From assembly GCA_013239625.1 (NCBI GenBank), contig MU055864.1, positions 5,997,083 to 6,061,082 of the forward strand: DNA of 64,000 nucleotides, in the 5' to 3' direction. Source of the stretch: Lama guanicoe. Taxonomy: Eukaryota. Each line of letters begins with the position of its first letter. Within the stretch, counting starts at the first letter, position 1. Shown here in pieces: positions 51,997-64,000 of the stretch. A program made the position numbers and the translations under genes. The notes beneath the pieces were generated by a model that saw only the letters and a list, made by a program, of their open reading frames with translations, searched no databases and had not been told where the DNA came from.

Positions 51997-54584
51997 CTGC
52001 AACAAACACAAGTAAACATTTTAGTCTAAAAGAAATGAGCTTTTTGCTACTCACCAGCCTACCAGATAAATTACTTACACAAAAGAGAATAATTATAGGC
52101 AAACAGTCTAATTTATAATTGAGAGAATCTGAAACATTCAGTAATGCAATTATTATCAGAACTACCACATCTACTCCATTTGTACCTTTTAATATTAAGA
52201 AGAGCGTTTTCCTTAAAACCCTAGGGAAAAGCCATTTTTAACTCCTCTGTTAAAAATCCAAGTTTTATTTTCTGTTACATCCTTCATGATTTAATTTTAC
52301 ATTTAAAAAAGAGATGACTTCAAGATTTTCATAAATGCTAGACTTAATTTCAGTATACTAAGAAAATACAGACAGATAGGAAGATAACATTCAAGATCTA
52401 ATATTTAATGAACCTAACCAGTTTTAATGGAATTAGCTGCTAATATACTTCCTCTTACAGATATTCACTATACATTTACTATTAAGGGGGCAATTAAAAA
52501 TGAATGACTTTTTTAGTAAGAAAATACTACTCTACCAAGATAGGCTAAGTCCTCAAAGATAAACTTGACATCAATCTATGAAGGATGTAATGCTTGTAAC
52601 TCGCAGAAGGAACACAGAAACAGAGAAAGATGCACTAAGGGCTCAGAGAGAGGAGAAAGATCTGACAAGTCCTCATTTCCCTGTTGGAAATTGAATTTGA
52701 CAGAATGACATTCAGACAAGTTCCCATTAACTGAATGGGAGAACTACTGTGGTCCACATGTGATGGAGTTGTACACACAAAAAGGAAAAGACTTCCCAGT
52801 TTCACACACTGAATATTTATCAAAGAGAACTGACGTCCATGCTCAGAAATAAATTAATGAGGGACACATGCCCTCAAATAGGTCCCAAGCCAGATGTGTT
52901 ATACTTATTTGGAAGTTTGTCTAGCTGCCAAGGGCTAACAGAAGAAACAGACTCAAGAGAAATTATATTCTTATGAATATTAAAAATTAACGTAAGTGCC
53001 AAATAGCTTTGGTAGATGTCAATTACCTATTGAAGAAGGAAGCAGGAAGAGCAGCGGCACCAAAAATAGGTCTTAAGAAGATCCAAAGACTGAACCCTCC
53101 CAATACATAGTTTAGGGCAGAAATGTTTGCAAATAACAAAACCAGCAGGTTTGAATTTCACTTCCTCTTTCTCCCAGTATATCAGAACATTTTATAAAAT
53201 AAATACTGCACACTACATACATTTGCTGGGGCTGGGCCAGAATGAAGTGTAATAGTGGTTCAGCTGTTTGAACTTGGGCCTAGCAGACAACTACACAGCT
53301 AGCACTCTCGGTGAAGAACTCCGCTGAACTGTTTGTCCACCAAGTGCTAACACTCCCACAGTGGGGTAGGAAGCCCAGAAGACTTCACAATAGATGTGAC
53401 TTGTCAAAGGCTGCCAGTGATGGATTAGACCACAGTCATTCACTTGTCCCATTCTGCACAAATTCATGTACACCCAGAGAGAAAGATGCCCAGGCTCCCA
53501 GTCTAAGAGCTCCTTCCTATATTAGAGTCTCTTCCTGTAGGGAGGAAGAGGAGTTTCAGAAGAAAACTGAAAGGTAAGTACAAGAATAAAAATTAGGAAC
53601 AGCAGGCACGTGGATTTCCAAAATCCAATTTCCATGACTTTAATACACTACCATTCTCTAACAAGGAATCTGAGCTACTTAAACACATACACACACGTAC
53701 AAAATGAATGCAAAGCAGGCATTTTATTCAGCCACATCAGAGAGTGGCTTCAAGGATGCTTGTTAACCTGTCACATTTATGTAGATCTGTGAGTAATTAG
53801 AGACTGACGAAAAAGACAACAGGGGTACCAAAGAATAGTCCTTCAATTCTCCAACTCCACAAAAATCCTAGAGAAGCCCCAGAGCACATCACCAGACAGA
53901 GAGGACTAAGGCTGAGATTTATTTAGGGATATAAATGAGAAGAGTGTGAAGACATCAACAGAGACTGGCTTTTTACTCCCTAGTTAGAAAACTTCTCAGG
54001 GGGCCTGAATAGTCCTGGAACCCAATGATAAAAATCAGTCTGTCCCTGGAAAGCCCTAAACATCCCAGTCTGAATAAAATCCCTCTTGCCTTGTTCTGAG
54101 TGAATTAAAACATCCTGTTGTCTGCGCCGTCCCTAGGTGCCCTGTGTGTTCCAGATCAGACGCACCCTCAGGACTCAGCTCTGGGGAGTATCGAGATGAG
54201 TAAGTGATCCACACCTGGGCAGTCACCCCAGTGCACACTCCTTTGTGTCAGATTTATTCTATGAGATAAGGAATTATTTTAGCTCTCTCTGCTGATTCTG
54301 AAACTTCTCAATTCAGAGGCATTCCAATTGTCCTATGCTCTAATAAACATTAACATCACACAAGGAACCGACACCTGCCAGTTTAATGTTGGAGCCATTG
54401 TTATAACTTTTATTTTAGAAATGTTACTCTAATTTCCTACAGGTTTAAGGCATTTCTTATGTTACCTAAGAGGAAAGATGGACAGCAAAAGCAAGTATTT
54501 CCAACTGAGATAGTGACCACAATAGAAAGTGATTTAAAACACACTTTCTCTCTTCCTCATTTGACACATAGCAATTTGGTCAAA

Positions 54585-57030
54585 TTTGACACATAGACAC
54601 CCGCAAAACCATCGCTAGAAAAGGAGCACACTGATCATCGCCGACAGTTTCCTTGTCCCCATTGTGATCTCTCCCTCTCCCTCCCACCCCCACCCATGGC
54701 CTCCCATGCTCAGCCAACTACTGGTCTGCTTTTTGTCACTTTTTGTCTATTTGTTGAGTGTGTCAAGAGTTCTTCATTTTTCATTGCTGACTAGTATTCT
54801 GTTGTGTGAATATACCACATTTTGTTAAACGATTCATCTGCTGAGGGACATTTGGATTGTTGCCAATTTTTTTGCCTACTTTGACTGAAAACATTGGTAT
54901 ACATGTTCTTGTGTGGATATATGTTTTTATTTATCTTGGATAAACCCCTAGGACTGGAATGGCTGGGCTGTGCCATTTCAGATGCCCAGCATCAGTGGAG
55001 GGGAGTTCCAGTTACTCTACCTCCTTGACAACACTTTTAGCTGTCCTGGTACATATATAGTAACACCTCATTATAGATTAAATTTGCATTCCCCTAATAA
55101 CTAATGATGCTGATCATCTTCTCAAGAGCTTATCTGCATTTCACATACCTTCTCTGCTGAGGTGACTAATTTAAATCTTTTGTGCAATTTTAATTGGATT
55201 GAGTTCCTTATATATTCTGAATACTGGTCCTTTGTCAGATGTTTAACTTGCAAATATCTTCTCCCAGTCTGGCTTGCTTTTCCATTTTCTTGACAGTACT
55301 TTGGGAAAGCAAAAGATTCTATTTTATTGAGGTCCAATTATTTGACTTATCTTTTGTAATCAGTGCTTTTTATGTTGTATTTAAGAACTTTTTGACAAAC
55401 TCAATGTCACTAAGTTTTTTCTCCCATGTTTTCTTCTAGAAGTTTTATACTTTACATTTTTACATTTAGGTCCATTATTAATTTCAAGTTAATTTTTGTT
55501 CACAGCAAGAAATAAGTAGAGGTTCAGGGGTTTTTTGTTTTTGTTTTTTGACAAATGGCTATGTAAATTATTCCAGGACCATTTGTTAAAAAGACCATCC
55601 ATTTCTACTGAAGTGCTTTACCATATGTATCAAAACTCTTTTGACCACAGTTGGGTGGGTCCGTTTCTTGGTTATTCCTGCTCCACTCATCTGTTTGTCT
55701 GTCTTCAACCAATGTCACACTGTCTTGATTGCTGAATCTTTCTGATTAGTCTCGAAATCAGGGAGCATGAGTCCTCCTCTCCGAAGAACGACAGTTTTAC
55801 TTCTTCCACTGCAATCTGGTACCTCTTATTTCTTTTTCTTGCCTCGCTGCACTAGCTGGAATATTCCATACAATATTGAATATAACTAGTGAAAGCAGAC
55901 ATCCTTTCTTTTTTCCTAATCTTGGAGTGGGGGGAACATTCAGTTTTTCACCATTAAAAATAATACTAAATATATGCTTTTCATAGATGCATTTTATCAA
56001 GTTGAGTAAGTTCCCTTCTATTTCTAACTTGCTAAATTTTTTTAATAAGAAAGGGATGTTAGAATTAATCAAATGCTTCTTCTGCCATCTATTGAGATGA
56101 TCATGATAAATCTAATTACTTAAATGCTGAACTAATCTTACATTCCCAGGATAAACTGCACTTGGTCATGATATATTATCAATATTACACATTGTTGGAT
56201 TCAATTTGCTAAAACTTTGTTAATAATTGTTACATTTATGTTCATGAGGGATTTTGGATTAATCTTTTCTTTTTTTCATAATGTCTTTTTTCTGGCTTCG
56301 GTGTTAGGGTAATGCTGGCATCGTAGACTGAGTTGAAGTAATCTTTCTTTTTTATTTTTCTGGAAGACTTTAGGTGGAACTGGTATTATTTCATTCTTAA
56401 ACATTTGGTCAAATTCTCCAGTGAGGCCTTCTAGACCTGAAGTTTTGTTTTTTCTGTTTGTTTTTTGGGGTGTGCATGTGTGAGGGTGAAGGGGGGATTA
56501 ACTATCATTTCAATTTCTTTACTAGAGTTAGGGCTATGCTATTCCATTATCTAGTTCTTCTTGGTTAAGCTTTGGTAATTTGACATTTAAGAAGTTCATC
56601 TATTTCATTTAAATTGTCATACAGGTGGCATAAAGTTGTTCACAGTATTTCCTTATTATCATTTTACATATCTACAAAATTTATAATGATGTCACCTCTT
56701 TCCTTCCTGATATTGGTAACTTGACTCTTCCATCTTTTCTTGATCAGTCTGGTTAGAAGATTATCAACTTTATTAAACATCTCAAAGAACCAGCTTTTGG
56801 GTTCATTCTGTACTTTTCCTGTTTTTGGTTCCATCTATTTCTGTTCTTACCATTCTTGTTCCTCTTACTAATGTAGGGATTAATTTATACTTTGTTTTTT
56901 TATTTTCTTAACATGGAAACTGAGGTCATTGATTTGAGGCTTTTTTCATAATACAGACATTACATTTAAGTGCTATAAATTTCCTTCTATGTGCTGCTTT
57001 AGCTGCATTACACAAATTCAGGTATACTGT
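54585..57030 (-). mobile_element. L1MB-type LINE, ORF2 and 3' UTR (degenerate)
   Basis: ORF 55797-56072 (KLEIEGNLLNLIKCIYEK...NGEKL...GCLLSLVIFNIV...RQEKEIRG) is a decayed L1 ORF2 RT segment; ORF 54791-54976 ends in the L1 C-terminal KCPS...KMWYIHTTEY motif. Confidence 0.9.
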
Positions 57031-57034
57031 GGTT

Positions 57035-58110
57035 ATAGGTTCACTAATCTTTTCTTCTGCAGTGTTTAACTTACTGTTAATTCCATCTAGAACACTTTTC
57101 ACCTCTATAAATTCAATCTAGGTACACACACACATACATATATACATCCATACATATGTACATATCTTCCATGTCACTCCTTAACATTCTTACCCTTTCT
57201 TTTACCTTCATGAATATATGGAACATAATTATAATTGCTGCTTAAATGTCTTTGTCAATTAATTCTGTCATCTATATCATTTCTGGGTCAATTTTATTTG
57301 CTTTCTCCTCTTTACGGGTCACATTTTCCTGTTTCTTTGCACACCTGGTAGTTTTTGTTTAGATGCTAGTCATTATGCATTGCATCTTCTTGAGTGCTGG
57401 ATGTTATAGGATTTCTCTGAATACTATGGAATTTTGTTCTAGGACACAGTTAAGTTAGGTGGAAACAGTTCAGTTCTACAAGGCTTGTTTTCTAAGATTT
57501 GTCATGTAAGACCAGAGAGGCCTTAAGTCTAGAGCTATAATAGTGATGTTAGCAAGCAATACTTTAACTGATACCCTTTAAATGATAAGATTTTCCACTC
57601 TGGCTAATAGGAACATGGTGAGCTTCAAGGTTTGTTCCCTTTGCTCCTTTTCAGTGTTTTTTTTTTAAACCCCAGACTTGGATAGTTTCTTCACATATAC
57701 ATGTGCTGATCAGCACGCAGATGAAGGCTCCGTGATGACTGTGCACATCCATCTCCAGGACTCTCTGAGCGGCTCTTTTCTCTCCAGCGCTCTACTCTGT
57801 ACACTCAAGCGGCTTAGCCTCAATGGACTGCCAGCTCTGTCTCCTGAATTCAGGGTCAACACTGGACCCTGCCTGGGTTCCTCTTCCCAGAACTCTTCCC
57901 CGCCATCAGGAAAGTGGTACATTCGTAGGGCTGTTTTAACTTGCTTTCCCTCACTCAGGGAGCGCATTTGTTGTGGAGCCTTGTGTCCTATGCTGCCTGA
58001 TGTGCAATGTCTGAAGGCTGTTTCAGGAAGTTTATCTAATTTTCAGACGTTTCTTCTTTAAAGAGTAAATACGGTCTCTGTTACTCCGTCTTGTTTGGAA
58101 CAAAGTGCCA
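57035..58110 (-). mobile_element. L1 5'/ORF1-region remnant
   Basis: ttcactaatcttttcttctgcagtgtttaac.tactgttaa.tccatc and gggtcacattttcctgtttctttgca motifs. Confidence 0.6.
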
Positions 58111-58781
58111 TATATTTTAATTTAACTCTTTCTAATACCTACTGTTCATTGTTATAGATTATACAAGTATGTTTAACATAATTAAAGGTTCTCTTTAAAG
58201 AGTGGGTTATCAATATTTTACTTTATTCAGAAATTCAGAGAAGCTCTGTGGGGCCAGTAGACTGGAAGAGCTATCTGCCCTAGACCAAAAAATGGCTCCA
58301 AACTTCAGTATTAACATAGCAGTTCTTTTCCAATTATTGACAGTAATGAGTTTATGAGCAACTTCTACTTTACTTCCTTATTTTACATTCAATCCTAGAA
58401 CAACAGGCTTAAAGCTTGCTCTCTACCCTTTTTCAAAGTAAAGGACTGAACTTTGTGGCAAGTCTTCTCCTCCACTCAGAGGTCCCTCTTGACTTCCACA
58501 TCCATAAGCATTAGTCTAAGACGTTCTGGCTTCTGAATGATTCACTGCTGGTTAAGCACTATTCTACCTACATTCAAAAACAAATGTAAGTAGAATAATG
58601 CATAGTTCATTAATCTCTCTATTCTGTCACAAATATTAGAACTCCCACCCCAACAGATCTAACTAAGATAAATGGATGGAGCTACTGTAATAGAAAAGTC
58701 CTGGCTGAGATTTCTAAAACAGACTTCTTTGTTGACTCAGGTGGGAGGAGGACAGATTATTGTTAACAACTGCTTCAGACA

Positions 58782-58925
58782 CAGTGGCTTTAAAAGTATG
58801 GTCCCAGTAGTACCAGAATCACCTGGAAACTTATTAGAAATGCAAATTCTCAGGCCCCACTCTAGAACTAGAGAATTGGCGTCTCTGGGGATGAAACCCA
58901 GTAAACTGCGTTAACAAAAACCCTG
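58782..58925 (+). mobile_element. MER5A MITE (partial)
   Basis: cagaatcacctggaaacttattagaaatgcaaattctcaggcccca. Confidence 0.8.
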
Positions 58926-59850
58926 TATAAACAGCAGTTTGTATCAAAGAACAGAGATTATTTTGATGATCAGACAAATCCCTTCATTAAAAAAAAAAAG
59001 AGTCTGAGTTTTTGCTCATTTCTTTTCTTTTTCTACTTCTCTTTTCTTCTGTAGTTTAAAGCCTACACTTAAATGTTATTCCTCAAGATGAGAAAAGTTC
59101 AACTTCTGGGTGGAAGGGAAGAATACCGTTAAATATCACTGCTTTGGATCTCACTAACTTAGCATTTTGACCAGGAACTTTTGAAACTGAAGTCTACTTC
59201 AGTTTTACCTACCAGCAGGGAATTTTACTAAATAAACATGATTAGAAGAGAAGTATTTATTTAAGGAAAACTAACTACAGTCTGCTCTGCTTCGATATAT
59301 GTTTCATTAATACCAATATCACACACGATCATAAATAGGGAAATGAAGACAGTATACTATGCAGAGTATTGGTCCATAAGGACTTACTCTAGTCAAGGGG
59401 AGCCAGAACACTGGGAGTGGAATTATAATTTTCTAAAGCAAAGGGAAAAGCCCACAGTAAATGCACTGTCTCAATGCCCACAAGCCAGCATTTCTCCTCT
59501 TCTGTTATTGTGCATTTTTAATATTCCCTAAGAGGTGAACAACTTCCAGCCACAAAAAGCTACCTGCCCAGGCTGTCCAGGTTATCTCCTGAGGTATCCA
59601 TTATTATTTTCGTTAGTATTTTGATTATAAGGATGCTTGGACATGGAGTTCTGCCCCTCTCCAACTCTGTTTTCCCATGAACACTTTTATTTTTAATCTA
59701 CAGTTTTGGAGAACGTGAGAATTTTCAGGAACATATACAGCAGCAGAAACACCTGTTTTAACTAGAAAACTACTGAACAACATAGAAATAAGTACAAATT
59801 TAGTTAATGACAATTACATGTCTGCTACATGTGTTCTAGTGTCTATTACT

Positions 59851-60388
59851 ATGGTAGTTAAAAAGTTAGTCCATAAATTTTTAAAAATTCTTCCCTTCAC
59901 AGGTGGAGCTTAATGGCACTCCCTCTGCTTTGGACTATACTTAGTGACTCACTTCTAACAAATAGAATGTGGCTGACTCGACAGCTGCTTGTGACTTCTG
60001 AAACCAGGTCAAAAAAGGCAAGTAGCTTCCACCTTACTCTGTCTAGGATCACTTCCTCTGGGGAAGCCAGTGGCCATGTCAGGAGGACACTCTAGGAACC
60101 CCATGAAAAGGCCCACAAGGTGAGGGACAAACTTCGTGCCAACACCCATTAAGGAACTGAGGCTTCTTTTCAGCAGCCACGTGACTGAGCCATGTTGGAA
60201 ACAGATCCTCCAGGCCCTGTCAAGCCCAGAGAACTGCACCTCTAGGACATCTTGGCTGCAAACTATACGACAATCTCCAGCCAGAACTACCCAGCTAAGC
60301 CATTCTAGAATTCCTGACTCAGGGAAATTATGAGATCATAAATGTGTGGTGTTTTAAGCCACTAAGTTTTGGGGCAGTAATTAATACA
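59851..60388 (+). mobile_element. MaLR solo LTR (MLT1F-like)
   Basis: cttagtgactcacttctaacaaatagaatgtggc; ctctggggaagccag; cccagctaagcc...aattcctgac; tgttttaagccactaagttttgggg. Confidence 0.85.
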
Positions 60389-61494
60389 ACTTTACTATGT
60401 TCACTTAATTCTATTTACCTGAACATAGTGAAACATTAATAACCTACATTTCACTAAAATAATCTACAAAAATATTTACAAGACTTTATATAATCTAGTG
60501 CAGGTCCAAAATAAAATAGTGAAAAAATAGTGAAAAAGGAGTAAGAACAGCCCATTAGGCAATCACAGTTTTCAAAACCTTAGAGAATGAAAGTATTCAT
60601 GATAATACGGCACCAAAAACTGAGAAAGCTTGATCACTACATAAAAGTCAATGGAAGAATTTACCACGTCCCTGGAGCTGAAAATGGTCAGCAATGAGTG
60701 AAAACATTCAATTCTCACCTCACCTTCTCTGCCTTTAGAGCTTAGGCTGATAAAACTCTAAAGCATGTTTCTTATTGCATATAAATCCTTAAATCCCTCT
60801 TGACTACCTGCAGGGACAAAGACTGAATTGAATTACCTGCCTAGGCTCATTTCAAGAGCTGGCAGAAGGATTTAGATGACTCCATTACAAGGTCTAGAGA
60901 CCAGATCACTGAATTGGCACCTGGGAACTTCATCTCAGAGCTGAAAGACTAAGTAAGCCTAGCAAGGTGCGCTGGCAGGAGCTCTGAAACGACTGAAGGC
61001 TAGTTGCTTTTAGCTAATGAAAATGACAACTGCTAAAAAGATTCAGGGTTAATTTATGCATCAGATCAAAAGATATAAAGTCAACTGCCCAGTAAATCTT
61101 GCTTCTTATTGACAGCTACTCAATTTGATTAGGTTTATTTATATCTCCCAAATTAGTGTAGATCCTTTCCCCTGAGAAATGCCATGCCCTGAACACTTCT
61201 CTAATCTCTAAACCCTTGAATACCTCTAGCGCTTGTAATTCCCACTATAATATTCATTAAAATAGTGCTTGGAAAATGTGAGCTACCCCTTCACACTCTT
61301 TTCAGGTTCTGTAAACACAGGGTGAAAATAATTCTGTAAAAAATTCACAAAGCAAACTCTATAGTAACATTAGCCATGAATTTGAAAAATCTGAAAAATC
61401 AAAGCAATAAAGATGACTATACATTGTATGTAATACACAGAAAATGATATTAAATTAAAATAGTGAAAGGAAATGCTACATGAAGACAAGTTAC

Positions 61495-61647
61495 AGTGGA
61501 GGGCCTCAAATTTCAGCATGCCCCCAGAATCACTGGGAAGACCTTGCTATAAACAGACTGCAGGAGCTGGACCCAGAATTACTCTGGGTGGGGACCCACG
61601 ATTTTGTTGATGCCGCAGTTCTGAGGACCACAATTTGAGACCCACTA
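61495..61647. mobile_element. MER5A-like MITE
   Basis: cagtgg...ctcaaatttcagcatgc...cagaatcac and gaggaccacaatttgagacccact ends. Confidence 0.65.
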
Positions 61648-62152
61648 TTCCTTAGTTGTCTGAATATCTGATGCTCATGTCTCTTCTTGGGACATGTATC
61701 TAGATAAAGTACTTTCTTCAAATGTGGGTTTCATTATAATTTTGTATTCAGAGAGGCTATAACCCCCCCCCCCGCTCCATGAGCTGCTTCTGCTCAGTTC
61801 TAGGAGTAATATATGGCTAGCTGGTGTGGCCTCCCCTTATTAACCTCATATCTGGCAAAAAGTCACATTTGAAAAATTTCATCAAATCAACCTGCACCTG
61901 TCAGTTCAATGTCTTCACCATCTGTTACTTCCCAGAAACAGCAGTCTCATCTTACAACCAGACCAGACCTTAAGAGTCCTTCCAACATTCTCTGAGTTTT
62001 CTTTTTCTCATTTGATGAGAATTTTTTTCCCCTTGGCTAGAACAATCACTGAAACAGCTTCACTAACTTTTTGTTGTCATTTCCACTATAATGGATGGCA
62101 GATTTGTTCAGGTCCATAGATTGGTTAAGCTTCTGCCGCATGCAACATTCTT

Positions 62153-62312
62153 TTTTTTTTAAATAAATTTTATTTCAGATTTAGAGAGGTAGATCATCTT
62201 TTTTGGGGGGGGGTGGTAGGTTTATTTATTTTTGGAGGAGATACTGGGGATTGAACCCAGGACCTCATGCATGCTAAGCATGCACTCTACCACTTGAGCT
62301 ATACCCTCCCCC
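62153..62312 (-). mobile_element. tRNA-derived camelid SINE, copy 6 (best preserved)
   Basis: Intact head, poly-T tail, 14-bp TSD cat(g/a)caacattctt at 62139-62152 and 62317-62330. Confidence 0.9.
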
Positions 62313-64000
62313 TTCACATACAACATTCTTAAATTACCTACAACTTCTATTTTCTGGCTAAAACCCCTCACTTTGGTGGACTTTCGAATTCTCATCACCG
62401 GCTTTCCTGGCTGACTTTATTTCTGTGGCATTTCTCCGCAAAGAACAGTGTGGTAAGGCACAAGCTTGAAAGCGTGAAACACCATTTGTTAGGAGAACAG
62501 CTGAGCTTCGCTGAAATGACAGAGCTGGGCAGCACGCCTCAGGGCAGGCTTGATTCAAATTTGGGCCTCAGAAAAGTCACAAATTCCTATATATCATGAG
62601 GCTTCGGAGGACTCAGGAATGACTAAATCTTGAATCTCAGAATGCCTACGGTCCAGTACACCCCCACTCACTCCAACTGCTCTCAAAAGAATAAACAACA
62701 TACTTGCTACCTCCTGCAGATACAAACTGCGACCTGTGTTGGAGGTGACACATACTGCTGTGGGGGTGGGAATCAGGATGACGGGGCCGGACAGCTCCAG
62801 CTCCAGCTCCGGCTCCGGCTGAGTCAAGTTTCCACTGGGAGATGCAGTGTATTAGGAGTGCTGGGATGTTCTAGCCAGGCACACACACACAAGCAAATAC
62901 TAAAATAAAAATCTTAAATCAAGCATGAATAATTTTTGGATAACCCACACCACTGTTCCTCTCTCCGAAGACACAGTAAAACAAAAGACAAAAAAGCACC
63001 ACCCCTCCAAAAAAAAAAAATCTACACTTCAGTTTCCTTTGCTGCGAACAACAGACTTCAGGCAAGACGATTTGACGAGGTAACAAAGAACAGTATCTAC
63101 TCAATCATGTAAAATGCAATGTGATTCAAAATTCTTTCCCATAGTGATTCTCTCTCAGAGGCGGGGTTAGAGTTCACTTTCCACTTTATAATACATATTG
63201 ATAATGTATAATTTGACCTCTATAAACAAAAAGATTTCACGAGCAAAACAATTTCCTAAAAACCTTGTCTTCCACTCCCCTCTATCAAAGTAGATAACAT
63301 TCAGTTGACCAACCCTTTCCCCTACAAGGTTGATTACATCAAAGATGTTGAGTCTAGATTCAGACATTTTAAAACTAGCCTTAAAGTATTTTGTACAAAT
63401 GTCTAAAACTCACCCACTCCAAACAGATCACTATCCCTTAACTTATAAGAAATCTCAAAAAAAAATACAAAACCTCCCACAGTTATCTCATTCCTATGAT
63501 TTACGTATAGAAAACTTCAAGATCTTTACTTTAAGCTTCTCAGAACCACACACAAAATTCACTATGTTTCCACTTAAATTATTTCCAATTATTATTTTAA
63601 ATACAGTTGTATCATCAAAATTTTAAAAGAAAAATAGGAGTTTAAAAAACAACAAAATAAACATAATCCTACTTTCTTGGTAGTACTATAAACACTCTGG
63701 GTTTTCTTTTTAGTTTTTTTAAAAATGTGTGAATCACATACTTATAATCATAACATGCACACCATTTTATATTCTGCTTTAGCCTCCTCAAATTGTATCA
63801 TACACTTTCTGAGGTTCTCAGCCTTTCTACCTAAAAGACTTGCAAGATACTCCATAACTATCATTTATTTACCCATTTTTTCATTATTGATGACTGTTTC
63901 TGCATTTTCATTCTGCTAAATCAAAAAATGCATGACTTTTTTTTTATGACTCCTGATTCCTCTTCAGTTCTTCCCAGCCAGCAATTCTAAGTCAGCTATA

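Larger units (their letters stand above)
1..64000 (-). other. PHLPP1: PHLPP1 gene body (partial: intron 1 through intron 8)
   Basis: Seven exons splice in frame (1132 nt total) into recognisable PHLPP1 PH + LRR protein sequence; exon 1 and exons 9 onward lie outside the window. Confidence 0.97.

Noticed and set aside
54673-54695. G-quadruplex-capable tract on the minus strand
   Set aside because: Lies in an L1 3' UTR, where G-rich tracts are a known ordinary feature.
55797-56072. Reverse-transcriptase-like ORF
   Set aside because: Decayed L1 ORF2 fragment surrounded by stops and frameshifts; not a domesticated or novel RT gene.
1-64000. CRISPR arrays, operons, defence systems, numts or non-retroviral endogenous viral inserts
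   Set aside because: The sequence is mammalian intron/exon DNA; I saw no repeat-spacer array, long intact ORF or mitochondrial/viral-like block. A highly degraded insert could not be excluded without a TBLASTX search.

Overview
Mammalian genomic DNA, almost certainly camelid (camel/alpaca/llama) judging from six copies of a young tRNA-derived SINE that resembles the camelid Vic-1 type. The whole window lies inside the PHLPP1 gene (PH domain and leucine-rich repeat protein phosphatase 1), transcribed on the minus strand. Seven coding exons, numbered 2-8 by recalled analogy with human, can be placed exactly: 197, 126, 167, 147, 231, 203 and 61 nt. All have GT-AG boundaries and consistent phases, and they splice into one open frame encoding the PH domain and the first part of the LRR solenoid. 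The rest is intron filled with L1, L2, MIR, hAT/Tigger DNA-transposon relics, MaLR LTRs, SINEs, microsatellites and two assembly gaps. Nearly all other entries in the ORF track are spurious or are repeat remnants. I found no convincing novel biological system. The best leads concern RNA processing and regulation: a candidate poison exon in intron 6, a candidate in-frame 30-nt microexon at the PH/LRR junction, an inverted-SINE layout around exon blocks whose circles would have no stop codon, and an antisense CRE-CCAAT-TATA promoter cut by a gap. Repeat family names and boundaries come from visual recognition, not a database search.
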